From a bacterium (GTDB taxonomy: Bacteria > Patescibacteriota > Dojkabacteria > SC72): a DNA stretch of 64,000 nt. This document shows positions 1 to 9,948 of the stretch, piece after piece. A model generated the notes under the pieces. The model made no database searches and had not been told where the DNA came from. It worked only from the letters and a program-made list of their open reading frames with translations. Each line of letters begins with the position of its first letter. The first letter of the stretch is position 1. Both the position numbers and the translations under genes were made by a program. Location of the stretch: assembly GCA_021463465.1 (NCBI GenBank), contig JAJTYH010000003.1, forward strand, positions 75,869 through 139,868, written 5' to 3'.

Positions 1-282
1 GAGAATAGAGCGTAAACCTTTCCTCCTAAAAGCCCCAATTTTAGTTCCAGAACCGTCAGTAACATCATATGTGGCTTGAAAATCCAAAATATTTCTAGCT
101 TGTATTGAAAGAACTAACTCCGTTCTCTCACTAGAAGTGAAAATATCGAGCTTCTCCTTCAACTTAAACGCCTTCTGCTTAGCAAAGAGAACTACCTTCT
201 CATTTTCATCATAAACTTCGACTTCTTGGCCTAAAAAAGCAAAAATCTTTCTTCTAACCGTGTATTTATTTCCTGTAAACAT
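1..282 (-). CDS. Partial CDS: N-terminal 94 aa of a LURP-one-related/DUF567 (YxjI-like) family protein. ATG at 280-282, runs off the window start.
   Basis: Reverse-strand translation MFTGNKYTVRRKIFAFLGQEVEVYDENEKVVLFAKQKAFKLKEKLDIFTSSER... is open to position 1. The pattern resembles the DUF567/LOR repeat. Not in the ORF track because it is truncated. Confidence 0.4.
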   Translation of the reverse strand, partial: MFTGNKYTVRRKIFAFLGQEVEVYDENEKVVLFAKQKAFKLKEKLDIFTSSERTELVLSIQARNILDFQATYDVTDGSGTKIGAFRRKGLRSIL

Positions 283-501
283 ATTTCTGATATCTATAAA
301 TTTACCTACTCAACATCACCACTATACCAAAAGCATTTAATTCCACCTACCGAAAGACTTTGTTGTAGAACATAATAAGCGACTAGGAAAAAACGTACGA
401 AGCTAACAATCGAAATTATATTGACAGCCTTTGTCGTAAACTCGCTCCGGAGAACTCCCCCTGCACCTCAAATAAAAGCCCAAATACTTTAGAGCTGCAA
501 T

Positions 502-1761
502 CTATTCATCCACTTCCAGTTTATTAGCCTTAGCTACTTTCCCATACAGATATGCGCTTTTCCTAATCGTTCTCTTCTGATTTTTCCTGTTAACTTTAAC
601 CAAACCAAACTTAGGCCAAAAACCTTTATCCCATTCAAAATTATCCAGCAATGACCAGTGTAGATAACCTTTAACATCAACCCCTTCTTCAATCGCCTTA
701 TGTAACCACCTAAGTGTTTCCTTTATAAACCAACTACGATATTTATCCTCAGCATCAGCGACACCGTTTTCTGTAATGATAATAGGTTTTTTGAATCTCT
801 TTAGCTCCATCAAAGACATATAGATAGATTTAGGATATAGCTCCCAACCAAGATCTCCGACTACTTCATTATCATTAGCAATTGAAAAAGCCTTCATTTT
901 TGTCCGGGCATAATGGTTCACACCGATGAAATCGAGATGTCCCTTGGTTATGATAAAAAACCATTTAGATGCTATATACTTTCCAAAACTCACTGAAATT
1001 TTAGTTAAGATCGAATTATCACCAACTTCGAAAGCCGCTTCGTGCTTAGCAAAACTTACCTTCAACCCAGAGTTAATTCGTTTAATCGCATTGTAGACCT
1101 TATTATGACCCATCATGAGAGCCAACCTGGCTCGCAGTGTACTTAAAACATTTCGCTTACCTGGTGGCCAACTCCCTGCCATATATGCTTCGTAGGTAAA
1201 GATTTCTGGTTCATTAATCGTAAGCCAGTAATTAACATCATTTTGCAAAGCCTCTACCACATATCGAGCATACCTAACAAAATACTTACTAAAATTACGA
1301 GCAAGGATTCCACCTTCTTTTTCTAACCATACAGGGTGGGACCAGTGCCAAAGAGTAACAAAAGGCTCAATCCCACGAACTTTCAGTTCGTTTATAAATA
1401 GAACATAGTGCGCCAGAGCCTCTTTATTAAACCTTCCTTTTTCAGGTTCAATTCGCGACCATTCAATAGAAAAACGGTAGGCGTTAAGGCCAAGACTTTT
1501 CATGATATCAAAATCCTCCGGATATCTATTAAAGTGATCAACCGCCTTTCCAGAAATATAGTTTTTCGGATTTTCTGCCTCTTTCTTTATATTCTTCCAG
1601 TTAGAAAGATAGCCGAATTTACGATGAGAGCTGTGAGCAAAATCAACAGATTTCAATTTCTCCCATTCACTCCAATTATTATAGTTACCACCCTCCACTT
1701 GGTGTGAAGCAGTTGATGTACCCCAAAAGAACTTCTTAGGAAATTTCAATGCTTTTTTCAT
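502..1761 (-). CDS. Glycoside hydrolase family 1 beta-glucosidase
   Basis: N-terminal FFWGTSTASHQVEG motif and the ITENG catalytic nucleophile motif. Length is 419 aa. Confidence 0.8.
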   Translation of the reverse strand: MKKALKFPKKFFWGTSTASHQVEGGNYNNWSEWEKLKSVDFAHSSHRKFGYLSNWKNIKKEAENPKNYISGKAVDHFNRYPEDFDIMKSLGLNAYRFSIEWSRIEPEKGRFNKEALAHYVLFINELKVRGIEPFVTLWHWSHPVWLEKEGGILARNFSKYFVRYARYVVEALQNDVNYWLTINEPEIFTYEAYMAGSWPPGKRNVLSTLRARLALMMGHNKVYNAIKRINSGLKVSFAKHEAAFEVGDNSILTKISVSFGKYIASKWFFIITKGHLDFIGVNHYARTKMKAFSIANDNEVVGDLGWELYPKSIYMSLMELKRFKKPIIITENGVADAEDKYRSWFIKETLRWLHKAIEEGVDVKGYLHWSLLDNFEWDKGFWPKFGLVKVNRKNQKRTIRKSAYLYGKVAKANKLEVDE

Positions 1762-2588
1762 TCAACAATGAATTGGACAATTGAATCCCAAAGGTTATCA
1801 GGCAATACTTTTCTTAACAAAGCAAGCATTTTGGAATCAAAGCCAACGAAGTTGTGTAGCTTCGAGACTTTCTGACCTGCAAGCTGGTACACCTTATCTG
1901 CCACCTTTTGAGGATTTGCCTCAAATCGCAACACCCCAAATTTATGCACGAAATCCTTCATCATACCTATCTGTTTCCCAACATGTTCATATTCTTTAAT
2001 AATATCTTCCTCCCCTTCCACTACCCTCTTGCTAAATCCAGTTTTAAAAGTCCCTGGCTCCACTAAAACTGCATCTATCCCAAAACTCCTAACTTCAGAC
2101 CTAAGAACTTCGGTATACGCCTCAACCCCAAATTTAGACGCGGAGTATAGGCCGTAATATGGGAAAGTTATCCTTCCCGCTACCGAAGCTATATTAATTA
2201 TTTTTCCACTCTTCTGTTTGCGCATCATCGGCAAGAAACGTCTGACCATACGGTGTACCCCGAAAAGGTTGGCATCAACCTGAAGAAGGAACTCCTCAGC
2301 CGAATACCCTTCAATCGGGCCAATCATTCCAAAACCCGCATTATTGATTAATACATCAAGAGACTCAATATCTTTGGTAGCTTCTTTAATCTGCTTCTCG
2401 TTGGTAACATCTAAAACCAACCATTCAATCTCTAGTCTCTCTTTCAAAGCGATTTCGTTGATTTCTTTTACTCCTTCCCGTTTCAGGTCTCGAGTGGTAG
2501 CGTAAACTTTGTATCCATTTCGAGCAAATTTCAAAGCCATCAAGTATCCGAAACCTGAGTTGGCACCTGTAATTAGTACGCTTCTCAT
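1758..2588 (-). CDS. Short-chain dehydrogenase/reductase (SDR) family oxidoreductase
   Basis: TGANSGFG Rossmann motif and a YSASK (YxxxK) catalytic motif. 4-nt overlap with the downstream GH1 gene. Confidence 0.8.
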   Translation of the reverse strand: MRSVLITGANSGFGYLMALKFARNGYKVYATTRDLKREGVKEINEIALKERLEIEWLVLDVTNEKQIKEATKDIESLDVLINNAGFGMIGPIEGYSAEEFLLQVDANLFGVHRMVRRFLPMMRKQKSGKIINIASVAGRITFPYYGLYSASKFGVEAYTEVLRSEVRSFGIDAVLVEPGTFKTGFSKRVVEGEEDIIKEYEHVGKQIGMMKDFVHKFGVLRFEANPQKVADKVYQLAGQKVSKLHNFVGFDSKMLALLRKVLPDNLWDSIVQFIVE

Positions 2589-3172
2589 ATATCTCTAATC
2601 TCAGCAAAGGAGGCAAAAGATCGAACCCCTACACTCCTCGCACTTTCTAAATTAAGTAGCGAATCATCTACATACACTACCTCCTTTATCTTCAAACCAT
2701 TCTGGTCAATAACATTTTTAATTGCCTCACTGTCAGGCTTAACTAACCCGGTTTCGCAACTAAAATACGCTCCGTCTGTATTGCCAAAGATTTCAGGAAA
2801 GGCTTCTTTGTAGAACTGCGTTCTCTCTTTGAAATTATTTGAAAGGATATAAACTTTCTGACCATTAGCTCGCGCTTCTTTGCAAAAATCTATTACATCA
2901 CTCTGGAGTTTTTCGCCACTAAACCACCAGTCAAAAAAATCTTTTTCATCAACTTCAATTCCCCACCTCTCTAAATATGGTTTCCACAATGAAAAAGTCC
3001 TGGGAGCACCAGGTAGTTTAACAATATCTTGTATGGTTTTTAGGGCTCCCAACACTTCTTCAATAGGAGCATTCCACTTCTCCTTCATTCGGTTTGAAAG
3101 ATAGTCGCTTTGTACAAAAATTCCATTGAGATCAAGAATATATGCCTTTATCATATTACTTTTTAATTGCAC
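2585..3172 (-). CDS. HAD-superfamily hydrolase (subfamily IA-like)
   Basis: Motif I-like ILDLNGIF, motif II ILSN, Lys in GLVKPD and motif IV VYVDDS. The second Asp of motif I is Asn. Confidence 0.5.
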   Translation of the reverse strand: MQLKSNMIKAYILDLNGIFVQSDYLSNRMKEKWNAPIEEVLGALKTIQDIVKLPGAPRTFSLWKPYLERWGIEVDEKDFFDWWFSGEKLQSDVIDFCKEARANGQKVYILSNNFKERTQFYKEAFPEIFGNTDGAYFSCETGLVKPDSEAIKNVIDQNGLKIKEVVYVDDSLLNLESARSVGVRSFASFAEIRDI

Positions 3173-3881
3173 TTAAATACAAAGCAATACCTGCAGCCAC
3201 TGAAAGGTTGAGAGAATCAATCTCGTGACTGTGAGGGATATGCACCGGGACGCCAAATTTAGCATAGTCATCAGGAAGTCCTGCGCTTTCATTCCCAAGT
3301 ACTAAAGAGAACGGTTTCTGGAAACTAACCTCTCCTATATCCTTTGAAGCTTTTAACATTAGTAGATACTGCTCCCGCTTTGGATATGTTTCAAGATAGT
3401 CTGTGTAGCTGTCAAAATGCCTGAACCTTACCTGGAAAAGAGCCCCCATTGCCGACCTTACAATCATCGGATCAAAAATATCCGCAGCAGGTCTGATTAC
3501 AGCTAAGTCCTTGATACCAAACCCAACCATTGCCCTCACAATAGTTCCTATATTCCCCATGTTCCTGGGTTGATCCAAAACAACATGATTGGAATCTCCA
3601 TCTAATTCATCTTCATACTTCTCAAATATCCCTATTGCATAAGTATTTTCTTTAACTGCAATATGCGCAATGAAGTCATCTGACACCTCATATCGAATTC
3701 CATGCTGCTGACATAACTCAAGTATCTCCTTAATTCCTTGACTTTCCATAGCCTTGCTATGCACCAGAACCTTAAGTACCTTCTCCTTTCTGTACTTAAG
3801 CATGTCAATAGTTGGGTATGTTCCCATTGCATAGGAATACCAAAACTTCTTGTTGTACTTTCTAATTCTTGGATCTCTCAA
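3156..3881 (-). CDS. SpoU/TrmH-family RNA 2'-O-methyltransferase (RlmB-like)
   Basis: VLDQPRNMGNIGTIVRAMVGFG and LVLGNESAGLP motifs typical of the SPOUT methylase fold. Confidence 0.7.
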   Translation of the reverse strand: MRDPRIRKYNKKFWYSYAMGTYPTIDMLKYRKEKVLKVLVHSKAMESQGIKEILELCQQHGIRYEVSDDFIAHIAVKENTYAIGIFEKYEDELDGDSNHVVLDQPRNMGNIGTIVRAMVGFGIKDLAVIRPAADIFDPMIVRSAMGALFQVRFRHFDSYTDYLETYPKREQYLLMLKASKDIGEVSFQKPFSLVLGNESAGLPDDYAKFGVPVHIPHSHEIDSLNLSVAAGIALYLSAIKK

Positions 3882-4912
3882 TTTTTTAGATTCTTTAAAT
3901 CATTTAAAAATTCTTGTACTTTTTCCTCTTTGGTAGCCCAAGAGGTAACAAGTCTAATGCTGGAGTTTTCCGAATCAATCTTAGTCCAAATATAAAAGCC
4001 ATAAAGTTCTGAAAGTCTGGTAATCAGCGAATTTGGAAAGATCGGAAAGATTTGATTTGTAGTCGAATGAGTTTCAAATGAGTAACCTAACCCCTCTATA
4101 CCTTGAACTAGCTTTGACGCCATTTGGTTAGCGTGCTTCCCTAACTCAAAATATAAACCGCTTTCGAACAAAGCCAAAAACTGCGAACCTAAGACCCGCC
4201 CTTTAGCTAATAATCCTCCCCGCTGTTTTATATGAAAACGAAAATTCTTTTTTAGAGCGTCATTTACCAACACAATGGCCTCACCTATTAAAGCTCCATT
4301 TTTGGTACCACCAATATAGAAAGCATCTACATAATTAACAAGTTGCTTCATGTTTAGGTCAGATTCTCCACTCATCAATCCACTTGCTAACCTTGCACCA
4401 TCCATATATAGGTAAAGTCCTTTACTTTTACAAAACTCTGAAAGAGCTTTCAATTCAATTTCTTTGTATATCGTTCCTAGCTCAGTGGAATTCGAGATGA
4501 AGACAACTCTAGGCATTACAGTATGCTCATCTTCGTATTCAGACAACCCTTGTGCAACAAGTTCCGGAGTAAGCTTACCGTCAGGCACATTAACTGTAAT
4601 TACTTTATGGCCAGTAGCTTCAATTGCCCCAGTCTCATGCCTATTTATATGGGATGACTTCGCCGCTATAACTCCTTCGTAAGGCATAAGAATTGAAGCA
4701 AGAACAATTAAGTTGGCTTGGGTCCCTCCTGCGATAAAGTGAACATCAACATCTTCTCTACCTAATTCTGACTTGATAAGCGATTCTGCCTTAATGCAGA
4801 AAGAATCCTGACCATACCCCAATTCCTGCTGTAAATTTGTAGATTGAAGCAATTCAAGTACTTTAGGATGACCCCCTTCTGAATAGTCGTTTAGGAAACT
4901 GTATTTGTTCAT
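3878..4912 (-). CDS. PLP-dependent threonine aldolase / beta-eliminating lyase family enzyme
   Basis: FLNDYSEGGHP start, GGTQANL, MDGARL and a GGTKNG (PLP Lys) region. Confidence 0.6.
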   Translation of the reverse strand: MNKYSFLNDYSEGGHPKVLELLQSTNLQQELGYGQDSFCIKAESLIKSELGREDVDVHFIAGGTQANLIVLASILMPYEGVIAAKSSHINRHETGAIEATGHKVITVNVPDGKLTPELVAQGLSEYEDEHTVMPRVVFISNSTELGTIYKEIELKALSEFCKSKGLYLYMDGARLASGLMSGESDLNMKQLVNYVDAFYIGGTKNGALIGEAIVLVNDALKKNFRFHIKQRGGLLAKGRVLGSQFLALFESGLYFELGKHANQMASKLVQGIEGLGYSFETHSTTNQIFPIFPNSLITRLSELYGFYIWTKIDSENSSIRLVTSWATKEEKVQEFLNDLKNLKN

Positions 4913-6168
4913 TTAGAGTTAAAGTATTTATCTAAAATTTGAAAAACTCTTTCCCAAGTATACTCCTTAATGAGTTTAGCGTATCCAGCCTTACCCATTT
5001 GTTCACGAAGATCTTGATTATTGAGGAGCTCCTCGATTCTATTCGCTAAACCTTCTACATCATCAAAATTAACCAGATACCCATCCTTACCATCGGAGAT
5101 AACTTCACCTATTGCTTCAATGTTCCCTCCTATCACAGGCTTTTTATTAGCCCATGCCTCAAGATATACAATTCCAAGAGCATCACTTTTAGAAACCATT
5201 GAAAATACATCTCCGGCACTGAGAACGTTAAACTTCTCTTGATCAGACGGGGAATCCAGGTTAATTGTATTTGCCTTAACCATCTCACTCTGTTTCTTCC
5301 AAAATTCTTCAAACTTCAGAGTAGATGAGCCTACCAAGACTAATTTGGCTTTAACTCCTATTTTCCACAGCTTCTCCATAGCTTTGACCAAAGTTAGCAC
5401 TCCTTTCTCCTGCACTTTAGCAGCAATTGTAAATACAATCGGTTCAGTTACGGAATATTTCTTTCTAAACTCCTCACCGTCCCCACTTATTACCTTACCC
5501 ACATCAATACCCACTCCTACCTTCTCAAATTTCTCATCAGTTACCTCCATTCCCCCTTCTTTCATAAACCTTTGTATCGCTCTTCGTTCGGCATCAGTGT
5601 GCACAAAAATTTTATCGGCATCTCTATAAAACTGTCGGCCAACCGGATCAAAATACTTTTTGTACAAAGGGTCAGATTTATCAGTACCTAAGTGTGTTGA
5701 AGAGTGTATATAAAACTTGGCACCAGTCTTCCTGGCGATAGCACGGGCTATATACATCAGCGAAAAGTATGGCATTGTCTGAACTCTAACTACATCATAC
5801 TTTGGGAGGTTGGGATTGAATATTTGCATCCACATTTCAAAACAGGTAGGTGGTGTACCAAGTATTCTTAAGAAAGGAATCGGATTATGAACAAGCAAGT
5901 ACCTAACAGCTTTGTTAATGAAGAGATTATTCATCAAAAAGGGAGTTGTCTTAAACCTCCTTATATGAACATTGTTGTGAATTTCTTCTAATAAATCGAA
6001 CTTTCTGAGTCCAGGAAACCAAATTGCATCAATCTCATCAGCATCGGTTGTCCAAAGATCCACTTGATTGTCAGAATTGCTTGCAGTCCACTCTGCAATC
6101 GTATGCATCATTGCTTCAGCTCCCCCATACGCAGGCCAGTACCTTGGGGTTATATGCAAAATTCTCAT
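4909..6168 (-). CDS. Glycosyltransferase, GT-B fold (family 4-like)
   Basis: C-terminal EAWANKKPVIGGNIEAIGEVISDGKDGYLV matches the EX7E/GT1 motif. Length is 419 aa. Confidence 0.75.
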   Translation of the reverse strand: MRILHITPRYWPAYGGAEAMMHTIAEWTASNSDNQVDLWTTDADEIDAIWFPGLRKFDLLEEIHNNVHIRRFKTTPFLMNNLFINKAVRYLLVHNPIPFLRILGTPPTCFEMWMQIFNPNLPKYDVVRVQTMPYFSLMYIARAIARKTGAKFYIHSSTHLGTDKSDPLYKKYFDPVGRQFYRDADKIFVHTDAERRAIQRFMKEGGMEVTDEKFEKVGVGIDVGKVISGDGEEFRKKYSVTEPIVFTIAAKVQEKGVLTLVKAMEKLWKIGVKAKLVLVGSSTLKFEEFWKKQSEMVKANTINLDSPSDQEKFNVLSAGDVFSMVSKSDALGIVYLEAWANKKPVIGGNIEAIGEVISDGKDGYLVNFDDVEGLANRIEELLNNQDLREQMGKAGYAKLIKEYTWERVFQILDKYFNSK

Positions 6169-6217
6169 ATACCTATTCTACCTCATATTAAGGAGATATA
6201 TTAGCCGAATAACTGGC

Positions 6218-6673
6218 TTACTTACTTAAGCTGACAGTTGTACCCAACTCAGAGAGAGGAGCACATACCGTTACTCTTCCGCTTTCGTTTTGGACTATGT
6301 TGTAACCTGTACCGTTAGTAGACCTGCTTTTTGGGTCAACGGGCATAGATGGAAGATATTCTAATTGACTACTAAAACCACTTAAAACGACTTTGTTAGA
6401 ACAATCGGCTGCACCTGTTTTACAAAGCTCATACTCACTTCTCGTGCACTCATCAGAGACAGGAATACCTTCAGGAAGGGTTCCATTGTTATCTCCTGCA
6501 TACTGCGTGAGGGCATTTAAAATTTCAGTAACATCGTCGGTTCTTTGGTCGTTTCGTTTTTGAGAGACCATTTTAGATGGATTGAAATACAGAACAATGA
6601 TACTCATTACAGCCAAGATTAGGATTACTGTAACTCCCATCTCCACGGAACTAAAGGCTTGATATCTCTTCAT
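6218..6673 (-). CDS. Type IV pilin/pseudopilin-like protein (prepilin-type N-terminus)
   Basis: N-terminus KRYQAFSSVEM followed by a hydrophobic helix (VTVILILAVMSIIVLYF), class III signal-like with Glu at +5. C-terminal Cys pairs. Confidence 0.45.
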   Translation of the reverse strand: MKRYQAFSSVEMGVTVILILAVMSIIVLYFNPSKMVSQKRNDQRTDDVTEILNALTQYAGDNNGTLPEGIPVSDECTRSEYELCKTGAADCSNKVVLSGFSSQLEYLPSMPVDPKSRSTNGTGYNIVQNESGRVTVCAPLSELGTTVSLSK

Positions 6674-6760
6674 TACTTTCTCAATGAATTTAGACAGTAA
6701 AATGTAACATAATTACGAAAGTTTATTAAACCAACTTTCCAATTCTTATATAAAATAAAA

Positions 6761-7858
6761 TTAAAGTTCTTTTGGATCTACTTTCAAGATCATATCATCA
6801 CTCTGACTAGGTGATCCTCTACCATCTTGATTAGATGTCATGAAGTATAAGAATCCATCGGGACCAACTGTTACTCCTCTCAATCGCCCATAAACCCGTG
6901 AAAATTTCTCTTCCAAACTAATTGGGGCAACCTCTGTCTTATACAATGTCTCCCCTCTTAAGCCTGGGAAATACAAATTTCCATCAACAAATGCAAGTCC
7001 AGAAGGTGCCCACGTTATATTAGCTGTCGAATGTAAAGTCGGAGACTCCATACCTTCCTGAGTTTGTGAACCTTCAATAATTGGCCAACCGTAATTCTTA
7101 CCTGCTTCAATAAGGTTCAACTCATCAAAGCCAGAAGTGATACCTGATCGTCCATGTTCAGTTGACCATAACCTACCCTGATTATCCCAGGCTAAACCTT
7201 GAGGGTTACGGTGACCGTAGGAGTACACTGGACTATTAGGGAAGGGATTATCTGAAGGCACTGAACCACTGTCATTTACTCTTAAAATCTTACCTCCAAG
7301 GAAGTTTATTTCTTGAGCTCTCTCGCGTTCTTCCGCATCACCAACAGTGATATAGAGCTTTCCGTCGGGACCAAATTTAATCCTACCTCCATCATGATTT
7401 TTTGAAGCAGGGAGATTATTCAAAATAATATCCCTATTCACTAGTTTATCACCCCTCAACTCATATCTATTCACCTGATTAATTAAAGTACCATCAGGTT
7501 GAACAGTCATATAAAGGTAAATATAAGAGTTTTTCTCAAAATCAGGGTGAAGTGCCATTCCAAGGAGCCCTCCTTCTCCAATATGAACGACTTCGGAGAT
7601 TTTAGTCACACTCCTATCCTTCCCTATTTTTAGGAGGCTTCCAGGGCGTTCAGTTACAAGCATATCGCCGTTTGGAAGGAAAGCAATTTCCCAAGGTATG
7701 GTCAAATTTGTAGCAACTATATCCACACCCCGATCTTTTACAGGAATTTCCTCCAGTTTATCGGCTCGTCTATCACCGGCTGTTTTGAAATACCAGAAGG
7801 CTAACGCAAAGATAACAAGGAGAATTAGGGAAAAAACTAAGAGTAGCCTTTTAAGCAT
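6761..7858 (-). CDS. Soluble quinoprotein glucose/sorbosone dehydrogenase family (beta-propeller), membrane-anchored
   Basis: GPDGKLYITVGD, GHRNPQGLAWD and NYGWP motifs, with an N-terminal TM helix. Start moved to ATG 7856-7858 (MLKRLLLVF...) because the ORF-track start at 8017 overlaps a tRNA gene. Confidence 0.65.
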   Translation of the reverse strand: MLKRLLLVFSLILLVIFALAFWYFKTAGDRRADKLEEIPVKDRGVDIVATNLTIPWEIAFLPNGDMLVTERPGSLLKIGKDRSVTKISEVVHIGEGGLLGMALHPDFEKNSYIYLYMTVQPDGTLINQVNRYELRGDKLVNRDIILNNLPASKNHDGGRIKFGPDGKLYITVGDAEERERAQEINFLGGKILRVNDSGSVPSDNPFPNSPVYSYGHRNPQGLAWDNQGRLWSTEHGRSGITSGFDELNLIEAGKNYGWPIIEGSQTQEGMESPTLHSTANITWAPSGLAFVDGNLYFPGLRGETLYKTEVAPISLEEKFSRVYGRLRGVTVGPDGFLYFMTSNQDGRGSPSQSDDMILKVDPKEL

Positions 7859-7925
7859 GTTTAATAGTAGCACACCGTAAAGTTGTAGAGAATGAATGTC
7901 GGTGTGAGTTCGAAATTTTTCCAAC

Positions 7926-8015
7926 TGGCGGAGAGGCAGGGATTCGAACCCTGGATGGAGTTTCCCCCATAACGCTTTTCGAAAGCGTCTCATTCGACCA
8001 CTCTGACACCTCTCC
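7926..8015 (-). tRNA. tRNA-Ser (anticodon CGA), 90 nt, long variable arm, encoded CCA
   Basis: Reverse complement GGAGAGGTGTCAGAGTGGTCGAATGAGACGCTTTCGAAAAGCGTTATGGGGGAAACTCCATCCAGGGTTCGAATCCCTGCCTCTCCGCCA. Anticodon stem ACGCT/AGCGT, loop TTCGAAA, T-loop TTCGAAT. Confidence 0.85.
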
Positions 8016-8060
8016 AATACGGATAATTATATCTAATACAATGGAATGAAGATATACACA

Positions 8061-8804
8061 CTACTTTACTTTAGGGCGAATGCCGAATTTGAGAAAATTT
8101 CTTAATCTCATTATAGACTCTTTATATTTGCCCTTAGCCTGGGCTATCAAGCTTCTCGCTAACTCAATCTGACTATATCTCACCTGATTAAGGTAACCTG
8201 TTTCATTTTTAAGTTTTTTCAGAAGAGAGTCGGATTTTTTCACATAATAAGTGGCTTTATCATAGTCTTGCAGCCTCACATAAAGTTCCATCAAATGTGT
8301 GCTTACAGTTAACCTATGCATTAAATTATCTGTAGAATCAATTACCAGCTCAGCAGAAAGTAGTGCTTTTTCAGCATTTTCATCGTCATTTATCTCTGAA
8401 AGAATCCTGCCTTTCTTGGCAAGATTTAAACCTAAAGTTTGTAATACTTTCTGATCTTCAATTTCGAGCAGTGCCTCATTAATAGTTTTAAGAGCCTTCT
8501 CATATTTTCCCAAATGCTCATACAAAGAAGCTGTATCCCTCAAAACATTAGAGGATTGAACTCTATCCCCTAGTTTTCTGTATATTTGCAAAGCCTCCTT
8601 GCCTGCTTTTTCTGCTTCTTTAAGGTCCATTAATTGTTTATAGCAGAGTTGCCTCCAAAATAGAGCCCTCCCTCTAAACCACAAGTCCTTCTCCGAAAGT
8701 TCTTGAATTATTTGCTCTATGATGGACAGAGCTTTTAATGGGTCCTGTTCCGCAAGAAGCTTATCTACCTCTAAGAATAAAGATTGAGCAACCTCTTCTT
8801 TCAT
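8061..8804 (-). CDS. Hypothetical protein, helical/TPR-like repeats
   Basis: No catalytic motifs. Repeated amphipathic helical segments (e.g. ALQIYRKLGD, LYEHLGKYEKAL) suggest TPR-like repeats. Confidence 0.3.
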   Translation of the reverse strand: MKEEVAQSLFLEVDKLLAEQDPLKALSIIEQIIQELSEKDLWFRGRALFWRQLCYKQLMDLKEAEKAGKEALQIYRKLGDRVQSSNVLRDTASLYEHLGKYEKALKTINEALLEIEDQKVLQTLGLNLAKKGRILSEINDDENAEKALLSAELVIDSTDNLMHRLTVSTHLMELYVRLQDYDKATYYVKKSDSLLKKLKNETGYLNQVRYSQIELARSLIAQAKGKYKESIMRLRNFLKFGIRPKVK

Positions 8805-8810
8805 TAAAGC

Positions 8811-9494
8811 TCAAACCTCCTCCAACTTAATGTATTCCCCAAAACTTCTTTTCTCCAACCAATGCTCTTTTCTAATCTCTTTATAAAGCATTTTGTCTTG
8901 TAAAATAACGAATATTGGAGAAATATCTTTCTTGTCTACAATTAAAAGTAATCTAGCAGGAAGCCTCAACTTCGTATCAATATGAAGCATATACTCTTCC
9001 TCTTTCTTGGTAAACCAAAACTTATCCAACATATACCATTCGTAATGCTTATCCATAGTTTCAATACCCTTTGACGTAATCAAATGCTTAACCATAATCG
9101 GAGGAGTTGTACCAGCGACATAAACGAAGAATAGTAAAGCTATCAAAGCACCCATCAGCCCAAAATGGCCTAATACTGCAAGATAAACAACAAAAACCAT
9201 ACTCAAACCAACAACGGTAGTATAAGTTTTCATATCAAGAGGAAACTTAAACCGGATTGGGGATTCCCATTCAAACAGATTAATTTTCTGAACTACTTTC
9301 TTTTCCTCTTCTTCTTTTTCTAATACAACCTTACCGTCTTTAATTTCTTCTCTCCTTATGTTTTTCTGTTTCTCTATAGCAGCTTTCTTCAACTTCTCAA
9401 CCTCAGCCTGCTTTTCCCTTAAATCACTCTCTCCAGATAGATATTTTGCCAAACTACTTAACTCTTTTTCCAATCGATTCTGCTTCTTTTCCAT
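8811..9494 (-). CDS. Hypothetical membrane protein with N-terminal coiled coil
   Basis: K/E-rich coiled-coil N-terminus, two hydrophobic helices, C-terminal soluble region. No recognisable domain. Confidence 0.3.
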   Translation of the reverse strand: MEKKQNRLEKELSSLAKYLSGESDLREKQAEVEKLKKAAIEKQKNIRREEIKDGKVVLEKEEEEKKVVQKINLFEWESPIRFKFPLDMKTYTTVVGLSMVFVVYLAVLGHFGLMGALIALLFFVYVAGTTPPIMVKHLITSKGIETMDKHYEWYMLDKFWFTKKEEEYMLHIDTKLRLPARLLLIVDKKDISPIFVILQDKMLYKEIRKEHWLEKRSFGEYIKLEEV

Positions 9495-9498
9495 AGAC

Positions 9499-9873
9499 TT
9501 AGAATACTTTTAAAATATTAAGGATATACAGGATTATAGCGGAAGAAGTAAAACCGTAAAATATAGGAAGAACATTGTACATGCTTAAAATCATAGCTAA
9601 GATAGCGCAGAACCCAATCCCAATCCCCCATTTAAGAGACCTCGAGTGATGAGGAAACTCTTTCCAGCCGCAAGTCAAAAACTTCTCAATCAGAAGTATT
9701 ATTGTAGCAACAACAGACTCAACAAAGAAAAACACTAAAAAAAGTACCGTCACTACGTTATACCAATTAATATTTCCCTGTTCTAAAGGCACGAAATAAC
9801 TAAGAGAAAAGAAATATAACAGGAGGATTACGCTTAGTACTGCTATACCCGCTTGTGTTAGAAGATATTTCAT
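9499..9873 (-). CDS. Hypothetical small polytopic membrane protein
   Basis: 124 aa with about 4 hydrophobic helices. Confidence 0.3.
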   Translation of the reverse strand: MKYLLTQAGIAVLSVILLLYFFSLSYFVPLEQGNINWYNVVTVLFLVFFFVESVVATIILLIEKFLTCGWKEFPHHSRSLKWGIGIGFCAILAMILSMYNVLPIFYGFTSSAIILYILNILKVF

Positions 9874-9948
9874 AAGATGCCATATATGGGTCTTTGGACG
9901 TTAATTTGTGACCCTTAAATTCAAAATATTAAGTTTAACTTTAACCTA

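Noticed and set aside
1408-1707. Numerous 60-165 aa ORFs antisense to or nested within larger genes (e.g. 1408-1707, 2425-2616, 3632-3832, 18194-18376, 20372-20608, 26476-26973, 26983-27582, 55319-55684, 60418-60768, 62074-62331)
   Set aside because: They overlap well-supported conserved genes on the opposite strand or in another frame. They have low-complexity Ser/Leu/Phe-rich composition typical of AT-rich antisense frames. They have no motifs or plausible starts.
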